From contig NIVC01000460.1 in NCBI GenBank assembly GCA_002269645.1, forward strand, positions 372,001 through 436,000: a stretch of DNA of 64,000 bases. Direction: 5' to 3'. Source of the DNA: Macrostomum lignano. Its lineage: Eukaryota. The first letter of the stretch is position 1, and each line of letters starts with the position of its first letter. The translations under genes and the position numbers were made by a program. Below, piece by piece: positions 12,958 to 22,320 of this stretch. Below the pieces are notes generated by a model. The model searched no databases. It saw only the letters and a program-made list of their open reading frames with translations, and was not told the DNA's origin.

Positions 12958-12971
12958 GCTCAGCCACCGCC

Positions 12972-14087
12972 ATGAGTGCCAGCCCAAAGCGACTAACCGT
13001 GCGCCAACTCAAGGCTGAGCTGCGAAACAGAGGCCTGCCTACTACGGGCCGCAAACAACAGCTTGCCAAGCGCTTGTCTACTGCACTCGGTTTAGAGCAA
13101 GCTGACGAAGACTTCAACAACTCCGAGATGACTTCTGCTCCGGACGCCGAAGACGGCATCGGCAGCGCGGGCGAGGCGCCTCCGGGGGCGGGGAGCGACC
13201 GTCTGGCTGCGTTGCGGCAGGAGGTGGAGCTGCTCGAACTGCAAGTCCTGGAAGGCCGTCGTCGTGATCTTCAGCAACAGCTTCACACTCAGCAGCGCTT
13301 GACGGCTCAGCCCCAGCCAGCATCATCATCAGGTGAGCATAACGCACATGCCAGTCTGCAGTTGCCCGAGGTTTTTGAATCTGGGATGAGGGAGGCGGCT
13401 CAGCTTCAGGCCGCTAATTGCCAGGCTCCGACTCGCAAGTTGCATCTCGTCAGAGACCACATCAAGCTAGCCAGAGGATCCGGCTCAGCCAGTCAGGAGC
13501 AGTTGATCGCCACTATGGAGAATGGCTCGCTCACATTCAGAAAGCAGGAGCCGAAGCTGTCTAGTATCTCTGCTGGTCAGTGGATCGCGGCCAACTCGAT
13601 CATCTTGCAAAAGCTGATCAAGGAAAAACTCCCGGTGGCTGCTGGAAGCACTGATGGTCTCCTGACTGACGTCCTTGGCTACCTTGACTACAATCGCAAG
13701 ATCGGAGAGCTGCTGGCTGCTGACTACCCAGAGTCCGTAATCTGGGAGTTTGACGAGGACTACCGGAGGCTGGTGGCGGAGTCGGGCATGGCGTGGGGTG
13801 AGGAGCCCCCTCAGTTGTACCACAAGCACCTCAACGCCCCCAGAAACCTGCGGTTCACGTTCGCTAAGCAGCCCAGCCAGCAGCAAATCCCGGCAGCAAC
13901 CAGGCCGATCTGTCTGCGCTTCAACTCCGAGTCCGGATGCAACCGCCAGAACTGCAAGTTCCGCCACGTCTGCAAAATCCAAGGCTGCCTGGCAGCGCAC
14001 CCGGCTCATGCTCACACGCAGTCGCCGCAGTCATTTCTCACCGGACAGCTGCCGGGTCACGTGACTGGTGCAAGTGCAAAAAACTGA
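12972..14087 (+). CDS. Gag-like ORF1 (371 aa): N-terminal SAP-like domain, coiled coil, DIRS/Ngaro gag core, C-terminal Cys/His zinc fingers
   Basis: ATG in context GCCACCGCCATG; LTVRQLKAELRNRGLPTTGRKQQLAKRL; WEFDEDYRR...W; CLRFNSESGCNRQNCKFRHVCKIQGCLAAH. Confidence 0.88.
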   Translation: MSASPKRLTVRQLKAELRNRGLPTTGRKQQLAKRLSTALGLEQADEDFNNSEMTSAPDAEDGIGSAGEAPPGAGSDRLAALRQEVELLELQVLEGRRRDLQQQLHTQQRLTAQPQPASSSGEHNAHASLQLPEVFESGMREAAQLQAANCQAPTRKLHLVRDHIKLARGSGSASQEQLIATMENGSLTFRKQEPKLSSISAGQWIAANSIILQKLIKEKLPVAAGSTDGLLTDVLGYLDYNRKIGELLAADYPESVIWEFDEDYRRLVAESGMAWGEEPPQLYHKHLNAPRNLRFTFAKQPSQQQIPAATRPICLRFNSESGCNRQNCKFRHVCKIQGCLAAHPAHAHTQSPQSFLTGQLPGHVTGASAKN

Positions 14088-15943
14088 TGCCATTTTATCC
14101 AGCTGACTGCTCTGCTTTTAATTCCGATTTTTCTGCTTTTACTTCTTCGCTGCCCATCTCGTCTGACCTGCAACCTGACGCCTGGAGTGCTCTGCTCAGC
14201 GACGACCCAGACCGCGACTTTCTGATGCAAGGCGTCGTCAACGGTTTCGCTCTCACCAATGCTGGCCAGCCACCTTTGACTTCGTCCAAGAACCACGCCT
14301 CCGCCCTGCTGCACCGCTCTGCTGTGGAAGCCCAGGTCGAGGAGGAGCTGCGCCTTGGGAGGTACATCCGGTGGAGCGGCCCGATCAAAATCAACCCCAT
14401 CGGTGCCCTTCCCAAGTCCGACGGGCGGGTCCGCCTGATCCATGACCTGTCCTATCCGACCGGCCAGTCTGTCAACGACTTCTACGACCAACAGAAGCAC
14501 ATCAAGTACTGCACTGTCCAGCAGCTGGTTCGTCATCTCCATCCGGGACACTACATGGCCAAAATTGATCTCAAAAGCGCCTACAGGTCCGTGCCAATCA
14601 GGCCTGCTGACTACCGGCTCGTCGGCCTCGCCTGGCGGTTTGACTCGGACAGCCAGGACAGTCTGCTCTGCGACACCAGGCTTCCCTTCGGCGCCAAAGC
14701 TGCTTGCGAAGTTTTTCACCGTCTTTCAGCCGCCGTTACCCGGCACATGCACCGGCTTGGCTTTTCTGCTACGGTGAACTACCTGGATGACTGGGCAGTC
14801 GCTGGGAAATCCGAGTTCGAGGCTTTCGCTGCTTTCAATTGCCTGCTGGACATCCTGCAGCGCCTCGGCTTTGCCATCAACTGGGACAAGGTTGTCAGAC
14901 CTACGCAATGCATCGACTTCCTTGGCGTGCGCATCAACACCGCTACCGGCACCAAGTCGCTGCCCGAGGAGAAAGCTCTCGAGACGACAAAGCTGCTGAC
15001 TCAAACCTGCTCGGAGACTCGGGTGCACATGCGCTCTGCTCAGAAGCTGATTGGCAAGCTTGGCTGGTTCTGTCAGATTGTCCCTCATGTCAGAGTCTTC
15101 CTGCGTCCGCTCTTCGACTGGCTGACAACTGCTGTTGACTGCAAGCTTTGGGTGACCGATGAGACCCGCGCCAACCTGTCCTGGTGGCTCAGAGCCCTGG
15201 CTTGGCTCCCCCCGGTGCCTTTGTGGCCGCGCTTTGATGAGGAGTTTGCCATGGAGACTGACAGCAGCCGGTCGGGCGCAGCCGCAGTCATCTGGGGTGC
15301 CGAGAGTTTCTGGAGTGTCATCGACTGGGAGCTGGACTGCGGTGGTGTGTTCAAGGATGTTCATATCAACTTCAAGGAGGCTCTGGCACCTTTGCTGATC
15401 ATCCTGCACCGTCGCTCTCAGCTAAAGAACTGCAAGATTGTCATCTACACCGACAGCACCGCTGCGGCTGGCATGATCAATCGACTGAGCTGTCGTGACC
15501 CGCGGTTCCTGCAGGTGTACCAGACTGTGGCTCTGCTGTGCATCAGGAACAGCATCAGTTTGGAGGCCTTTCACCTTCCTGGTCGCATGCAGATTTTTGC
15601 TGATGCCGCCTCCCGCATGTTTGCCTCGCAGTCTGAGCTCATTAACTTTTGCTGCCGCTACTACCGTACGCTCGTGATCTGCCCGCTTGAGTTCGCGTCG
15701 CACGCGCTCTCTGCCGCTTCCCAATCTCGCCTCCTTTTGCAGGTCGCCCTCGCCCTCCGGAGACGCCGCCCGCCCGCCGCGCTGTGTCTGCCAGACACCT
15801 GTGCCGCCTCGGCCTGGCGGAGAACTCCTGGCGATCCTACCTCAGCCAGCTGCGCTCCTGGGAAGCCTTCTGTGTTAGCGCAGGCCGCCCTTCATCTCCA
15901 GCTGACGGTGACCTGCTCTGCCGCTACATTGCGCACCTGGTGA
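14087..15943 (+). CDS. Reverse transcriptase / RNase H (ORF2; frame open from at least 13937, first ATG after the gag stop at 14087)
   Basis: PKSDGRVRLIHDLS, KIDLKSAYR, LPFG, YLDD; RNase H acidic residues in ETDSS, INFKEA, YTDS, ADAASR; no methyltransferase domain seen. Confidence 0.95.
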   Translation: MPFYPADCSAFNSDFSAFTSSLPISSDLQPDAWSALLSDDPDRDFLMQGVVNGFALTNAGQPPLTSSKNHASALLHRSAVEAQVEEELRLGRYIRWSGPIKINPIGALPKSDGRVRLIHDLSYPTGQSVNDFYDQQKHIKYCTVQQLVRHLHPGHYMAKIDLKSAYRSVPIRPADYRLVGLAWRFDSDSQDSLLCDTRLPFGAKAACEVFHRLSAAVTRHMHRLGFSATVNYLDDWAVAGKSEFEAFAAFNCLLDILQRLGFAINWDKVVRPTQCIDFLGVRINTATGTKSLPEEKALETTKLLTQTCSETRVHMRSAQKLIGKLGWFCQIVPHVRVFLRPLFDWLTTAVDCKLWVTDETRANLSWWLRALAWLPPVPLWPRFDEEFAMETDSSRSGAAAVIWGAESFWSVIDWELDCGGVFKDVHINFKEALAPLLIILHRRSQLKNCKIVIYTDSTAAAGMINRLSCRDPRFLQVYQTVALLCIRNSISLEAFHLPGRMQIFADAASRMFASQSELINFCCRYYRTLVICPLEFASHALSAASQSRLLLQVALALRRRRPPAALCLPDTCAASAWRRTPGDPTSASCAPGKPSVLAQAALHLQLTVTCSAATLRTW

Positions 15944-16740
15944 GCACCCGGCTCCGGTCTTTCTCTAGCCTCCGATCCTACATCCATGCCGTCTCTTTTC
16001 TGCACCAAGCCACCGGCGCCCCCGACCCAGCGAAAGACTTCACCGTGCAGCTGGCCCTTCGCGGCGCCAAACGTCATCTCGGCCTGCGATGCAAACAGGC
16101 GAAGCCGCTGACCATCGAGCACCTCAAGAGCATCCATCAGCAGCTCCCGCGCTCCATCTCAAGCGCAGATCTCAGGGCCGCCTTCTGGGCGGCTCTTCTG
16201 GTGGGCTGGTGGGGCATGTTGCGCCTTGGCGACTTCCTATCGACCCGCGGCAGCCGCTCTGTCTCACGGGCCTGCCTGTCGGCTTCACCTGGCTGCTGGA
16301 AGTTGACCCTCCCTAAGTCCAAGACCAACCAGTTCGGGTCGACGCCGCATGTCGTTCTTCTGCCACCTGTTCAAGAGTCACCGCTCTGCCCTGTGCGCGC
16401 TCTACTGTCTCACCTGCACCTGTCACCAGCCAGCGACCCAAGGGCGCCGTTCTTTGGCTACGGCCACGGAGGCGAGCTCTCAGCCAGCCAGTTCATCAGC
16501 TGTCTTCGTGCGTGTCTGGCTGCGTGCGGCCTTCCAGCTGCTGGTTTCTCCGGCCACAGCATCCGGCGTGGGGGTGCCAGCTTCTGCCATCAAATCGGCT
16601 TGTCAGAATCAGACGTTCGGGCTCTTGGGGGCTGGAGATCGGACGCTGTTCTCCGCTACTTTTCTGCCAGCTCTGCCCTGTCGCGCCGCCAGCGCTCTGC
16701 TTCTTTCATGGCTTCGCAGCTGCAGGCTGCGTCCACCTGA
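15743..16740 (+). CDS. Tyrosine recombinase (ORF3); no in-frame ATG before 16216, start placed at the candidate splice acceptor
   Basis: Catalytic set intact: MLR(LGDF), KSKTNQ, HSIRRGGA, GGWRSD, LRY; N-terminal LAENSWRSY core-binding region. Frame open from 15691. 5' boundary is inferred. Confidence 0.9.
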
Positions 16741-16783
16741 CTGCCTTCCCGCTTTTACTCCTTCCCTTCCCCATCATTGGGGT

Positions 16784-16860
16784 TGGGATCCGCTTTCTCG
16801 GCCGCTGCCTGCTTTTCGCAACTGACTTTGTCTCGTTTGGCTCCTTCCGGCGTGTTTAAT
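16784..16860 (+). repeat. Split direct repeat B1
   Basis: Identical to 17098-17174; abuts A2. Confidence 0.95.
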
Positions 16861-17027
16861 GCAATCGTTACTCTCTGAGTAAGGGGTGTTAGACGCGCCG
16901 GAGGGTGCCGCTGTACATATCGCTGTACTTTGGCGGGGGGTTGAGGTGTGGGGGTTGGCCACGCCAGCCAGCTTAAAGCCTCTGCACCCGGCCCGGCTTG
17001 GCTCCGCCGCCATTTCTCAATTTTTTT
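16861..17027 (+). repeat. Split direct repeat A2
   Basis: Identical to 12791-12957. Confidence 0.95.
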
Positions 17028-17070
17028 TATCTTCTTTTTACAAACCAGTAAATATTAACTCATTTAAACT

Positions 17071-17080
17071 AATAAATAAA
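17071..17080 (+). terminator. Candidate poly(A) signal of the retrotransposon (overlapping AATAAA hexamers) in the A2-B2 spacer
   Basis: aataaataaa in a 70-bp AT-rich spacer. Confidence 0.45.
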
Positions 17081-17097
17081 CGCTTCGCTTGATCCAC

Positions 17098-17174
17098 TGG
17101 GATCCGCTTTCTCGGCCGCTGCCTGCTTTTCGCAACTGACTTTGTCTCGTTTGGCTCCTTCCGGCGTGTTTAAT
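17098..17174 (+). repeat. Split direct repeat B2 (3' terminus)
   Basis: Identical to 16784-16860. Confidence 0.95.
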
Positions 17175-17519
17175 GAATATTTATAACTGTTCTTGCATCG
17201 AATTATGTGATTGATATTTTCTCTTCTTGTTTTCCACTTGAGATAGCTTTTACTATATATGAAAGGTATGAGATAATGCTTTAAACTTTTTTTGGAAAAT
17301 AAATTGACGAACTTATAAAAAAGAAGTGCACAATTTACTTACTCAATTAAGAGATAATTAATAATTGTAATAAAAAACAACCCAGGATTTGACATGAACA
17401 TTTGATTATATTTGAAGTAAACGCCATGGGTAACTATGCCTCTATTTTAGTAAGTATTCGGCTCGTCACCTAATTGGCGCTTTGCTTATATAAGCTATAG
17501 GTTGCGAGAGGCTTCAGAA

Positions 17520-18350
17520 TAATTTGGATCCTTGTCTGAGGATTTGGGATATTTTGGATCGGTAACCGAGGATTTAAGATATTTGGAATCACTATATCTG
17601 AGGATTTGAGATATTTGGAATCGCTATCTGAGGATTTGGGATATTTGGGACCGCTGACTCAGGATTCGGGACATCTAGGATCGCTATCTGAGGATTTGGA
17701 ATATTTGGGATTGCTACGAGTTAACTGAGGATTTGGGATATTTGGGATCGCTATCTGAGGATTCGGGATATTTGGGATCGCTATCTGAGGATTCGGGATA
17801 TTTGGGATCGCTATCTGAGGATTCGGGATATTTGGGATCGCTATCTGAGGATTTGGGATATTTGGGATCGCTATCTGAGGATTTGGGATCGCTATCTGAG
17901 GATTTGGGATATTTGGGATCGCTATCTGAGGATTCGGGATATTTGGAATCGCTATCTGAGGATTTGGGATATTTGGGATCGCTATCTGAGGATTTGGGAT
18001 CGCTATCTGAGGATTCGGGATATTTGGGATCGCTATCTGAGGATTCGGGATATTTGGGATCGCTATCTGAGGATTTGGGATATTTGGGATCGCTATCTGA
18101 GGATTAGGGATATTTGGGATCGCTATCTGAGGATTCGGGATATTTGGAATCGTTATCTGAGGATTTGGGATATTTGGGATCGCTATCTGAGGATTTGGGA
18201 TCGCTATCTGAGGATTCGGGATATTTGGGATCGCTATCTGAGGATTTGGGATATTTGGGATCGCTATCTGAGGATTTGGGATCGCTATCTGAGGATTAGG
18301 GATATTTGGGATCGCTATTTGAGGATTCGGGATTGCTAACCGAGAAGTTA
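17520..18350. repeat. Minisatellite, 30/21-bp units (gggatatttgggatcgctatctgaggattt)
   Basis: Read directly; reverse complement of the 32040-32590 array. Confidence 0.95.
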
Positions 18351-18617
18351 GGATATTTGGCAGAAAAGCAGGTAGCCAACCTACATTTCAAACCTACAGC
18401 TCAATAACTCACCACCCGAAAAAATGTAAAAGGCGCAGAGATAACTGTTTAATTACAAGGCGCGAGGGGAACTGAGCACTCACAGTTTGAGCACAACTGA
18501 CACACCTATTATTAATCAACTACGCACCTACAAGCCTGAGCACCCGAGACAAGAAAATGCATTAGAAAAATTGCGAGGTACAACAATGCGCATGGATTGG
18601 CCAAGGTCACCACAAGG

Positions 18618-19136
18618 TCACAGATCCAGGACGCCCGAATCGGCAGAGCTGGCCTTCAAGCCGGCATTTGGAGGCGGCGGCGAGATCAAACGGACAGCCA
18701 GCCGGCCGCTGTTCCACGGAGCCTGTAGCAGCAGCGGCCGGAAGTCCTGCGGCAGCGGCCTCTCGACGCCTTCGTCGGTGGCCACCACGAGCTCGTAGGC
18801 GGAGGCCGGCGGCGAGTCCAGGCCGGCGGTTTCCACTGCCAGCCGGCAGACGTCGCGAGCTCGAGTCGTCTGGCTAAGCGACAGAGCCAGTTCGAGGTTG
18901 TCGAATTGGACTCGGAAACTGCGAGACTGTGGCTCGGCAGCTGGAGGCGGGGGAGGCGGTTGCGCGGGTTTCAATGTGGCTACTTGCAGTAGCGAGCTGA
19001 GCGAAATGCAGCACCGACTGCCGGCCCGCCTGGAGTCGGCGATGGCGTCGGCGGTCCAGCCAGCTGCCCGGGTCATGGCCTCGGCCTGGGCCTGCAGCGC
19101 CTGGATGAGCAGGTTTAGAGTGTACAATTGTCTGCG
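18618..19136 (-). CDS. ANKFN1: ANKFN1/wide-awake-like, last exon (Ras-association-like domain)
   Basis: ctctag acceptor, phase 0; GWTADAIADSR motif; FRVQFD...TTRARDVCRLAVETAG...YELVV...ERPL ubiquitin-fold RA pattern; TGA. Confidence 0.72.
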   Translation of the reverse strand, partial: RRQLYTLNLLIQALQAQAEAMTRAAGWTADAIADSRRAGSRCCISLSSLLQVATLKPAQPPPPPPAAEPQSRSFRVQFDNLELALSLSQTTRARDVCRLAVETAGLDSPPASAYELVVATDEGVERPLPQDFRPLLLQAPWNSGRLAVRLISPPPPNAGLKASSADSGVLDL

Positions 19137-19175
19137 CTAGAGTCTACTAATAAACAGTAGTAACTGAGGAATTCC

Positions 19176-19218
19176 CTAACTAACTAACTAACTGACTGAC
19201 TAACTAACTAACTAACTG

Positions 19219-19269
<51 letters not shown>

Positions 19270-19290
19270 GACTAACTAACTAACTAACTG

Positions 19291-19353
<63 letters not shown>

Positions 19354-19354
19354 G

Positions 19355-19425
<71 letters not shown>

Positions 19426-19430
19426 GACTG

Positions 19431-19477
<47 letters not shown>

Positions 19478-19510
19478 GACTGACTAACTAACTAACTAAC
19501 TAACTAACTG

Positions 19511-19549
<39 letters not shown>

Positions 19550-19586
19550 GACTAACTGACTAACTGACTGACTAACTGACTAACTG

Positions 19587-19617
<31 letters not shown>

Positions 19618-19618
19618 G

Positions 19619-19674
<56 letters not shown>

Positions 19675-19746
19675 GCTAACTAACTAGCTAACTAACTAAC
19701 TGACTAACTAACTAACTAACTGACTAACTAACTAACTAACTAACTG

Positions 19747-19785
<39 letters not shown>

Positions 19786-19812
19786 GACTAACTAACTAAC
19801 TAACTAGCTAAA

Positions 19813-19857
<45 letters not shown>

Positions 19858-19878
19858 GACTGACTAACTAACTAACTG

Positions 19879-19933
<55 letters not shown>

Positions 19934-19998
19934 GACTAACTGACTAACTGACTGACTAACTGACTAACTGACTAACTAACTAACTAACTAACTAACTG

Positions 19999-20042
<44 letters not shown>

Positions 20043-20114
20043 GCTAACTAACTAGCTAACTAACTAACTGACTAACTAACTAACTAACTGACTAACTAAC
20101 TAACTAACTAACTG

Positions 20115-20157
<43 letters not shown>

Positions 20158-20158
20158 G

Positions 20159-20206
<48 letters not shown>

Positions 20207-20264
20207 GCTAACTAACTAGCTAACTAACTAACTGACTAACTAACTAACTAACTAACTAACAAAC

Positions 20265-20302
<38 letters not shown>

Positions 20303-20374
20303 GCTAACTAACTAGCTAACTAACTAACTGACTAACTAACTAACTAACTGACTAACTAACTAACTAACTAACTG

Positions 20375-20410
<36 letters not shown>

Positions 20411-20499
20411 GCTAACTAACTAACTGACTAACTAACTAACTAGCTAACTAACTAACTAACTAGCTAACTAACTAGCTAACTAACTAGCTAACTAACTAG

Positions 20500-20546
<47 letters not shown>

Positions 20547-20571
20547 GCTAACTAACTAGCTAACTAACTAG

Positions 20572-20629
<58 letters not shown>

Positions 20630-20726
20630 TAACTTAACTAACTAACTGACTAACTAACTAACTAACTAACTAACTAACCTAACTAACTAACTAACTGACT
20701 AACTAACTAACTAGCTAACTAACTAG

Positions 20727-20769
<43 letters not shown>

Positions 20770-20818
20770 GCTAACTAACTAGCTAACTAACTAGCTAACT
20801 AACTAGCTAACTAACTAG

Positions 20819-20864
<46 letters not shown>

Positions 20865-20956
20865 TAACTAACTAACTGACTAACTAACTAACTAACTAAC
20901 TAACTAACCTAACTAACTAACTAACTGACTAACTAACTAACTAGCTAACTAACTAG

Positions 20957-21019
<63 letters not shown>

Positions 21020-21104
21020 GCTAACTAACTAGCTAACTAACTAGCTAACTTACTAACTAACTAACTAACTAACTAACTAGCTAACTAACTAGCTAACTAA
21101 CTAG

Positions 21105-21150
<46 letters not shown>

Positions 21151-21219
21151 TAACTTAACTAACTAACTGACTAACTAACTAACTAACTAACTAACTAACC
21201 TAACTAACTTAACTTAACT

Positions 21220-21252
<33 letters not shown>

Positions 21253-21262
21253 TAACTTAACT

Positions 21263-21307
<45 letters not shown>

Positions 21308-21321
21308 GACTAACTAACTAA
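19176..21321. repeat. (TAAC)n microsatellite, ~2.1 kb, with TGAC/TAGC variants; fills almost all of intron 3
   Basis: Read directly. Confidence 0.98.
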
Positions 21322-21322
21322 C

Positions 21323-21929
21323 CTGCAGCCTTGCAAGCCGCTCTTTAGCCGCCGCCGTCTCCCGCTGGGCCAGCGCTCTTCGCACGCTGAGCTGAGCCGC
21401 TCCGACCAGCAGATCGAGATTGGCGGAGGTGGCGCAGGCGTCGGAGAACCAGCGGCAGCTGTAGGTGAGGCCCTGCAGCTGGTCAAAGGCGGCCACCGGC
21501 AGCATCACAGTGTCAGCAGCTGCTTCCTTGCGCAGCTCAACTGCTGAAGCCGCGAACACAGCCGTGTCCTCCCGCGCCGGCAGCAGCAGCAGGTGCGCCA
21601 CACTGCCGCAGGGCTGGATCACCCGGCCGGTGAACAATCTAAGGCCCGCACGCTGACTCGCCGAGAGCTTCAGCCGGTCAGACAGTGTGTCTGCAGCTTC
21701 CGTCAGTTGGCTAATCAGCTTCATCAGTGCCGGGCACAGCGGACAAGCAACATCGTGAATTCCTCGCAGCAGCCGCATCTCCTCAGCGGTGACGTGCGCG
21801 TTCCGGCGGAGTCGAACGCTCGGCAGGCAGTTCGGCGCCCTAGCGTCGACCTCCAGGCTGAGTCGTTCGGAGGTGCCGCGGAGTCGCAAACTGCTCAAGT
21901 ACAGTCCCGGCTCCTGGGGCGCTTGAGAT
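21323..21929 (-). CDS. ANKFN1: ANKFN1-like exon 3
   Basis: aataatcag acceptor (phase 2) and GTTAGT donor (phase 0) keep the frame. Confidence 0.72.
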
Positions 21930-22029
21930 CTGATTATTGGTGTTGAAAAAAATTAACTTGTTTCTTGTTTTTAATGTACACCGACTCAAGTTCTGGATTC
22001 TTTTTCCACCTAACTTCAGCCACCCGCCC

Positions 22030-22295
22030 GTTTTCCTTCCCTCTCCGTACACTGACAGCCACCACCCCAGTTTTCCTTCCCTCTCCGTACACTGACAGCC
22101 ACCACCCCAGTTTTCCTTCCCTCTCCGTAAACTGACAGCCACCCCAGTTTTGCTTCCCTCTCCGTACACTGACGGTCACCCCAGTTTTGCTTCCCTCTCC
22201 GTACACTGACAGCCACCCCAGTTTTGCTTCCCTCTCCGTACACTGACAGCCACCCCAGTTTTCCTTCACCTCTCCGTACACTGACGGTCACCCCA
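22030..22295. repeat. Minisatellite, ~37-40-bp unit, intron 2 of the ANKFN1-like gene
   Basis: ccccagttttgcttccctctccgtacactgacagcca repeated ~7 times. Confidence 0.9.
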
Positions 22296-22320
22296 ACCAT
22301 GATCACACCTCGGAACCTAC

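Larger units (their letters stand above)
12791..17174 (+). mobile_element. Intact tyrosine-recombinase retrotransposon (DIRS order, Ngaro/PAT-type split direct repeats)
   Basis: Architecture A1-gag-RT/RNaseH-YR-B1-A2-spacer-B2; A1=A2 (167 bp) and B1=B2 (77 bp) identical as read; all three ORFs uninterrupted. Confidence 0.95.

Noticed and set aside
13092-16328. Antisense and alternate-frame ORFs over the retrotransposon (e.g. 14057-14719, 14726-15409)
   Set aside because: Shadow ORFs of GC-rich coding DNA with no recognisable motifs
15784-16740. Phage integrase or prophage interpretation of the YR ORF
   Set aside because: Linked to gag and RT/RNase H inside split direct repeats in a spliceosomal-intron genome; it is a DIRS-order retrotransposon
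19176-21321. Interstitial telomere
   Set aside because: The unit is the 4-mer TTAG/CTAA, not TTAGGG or TTAGG
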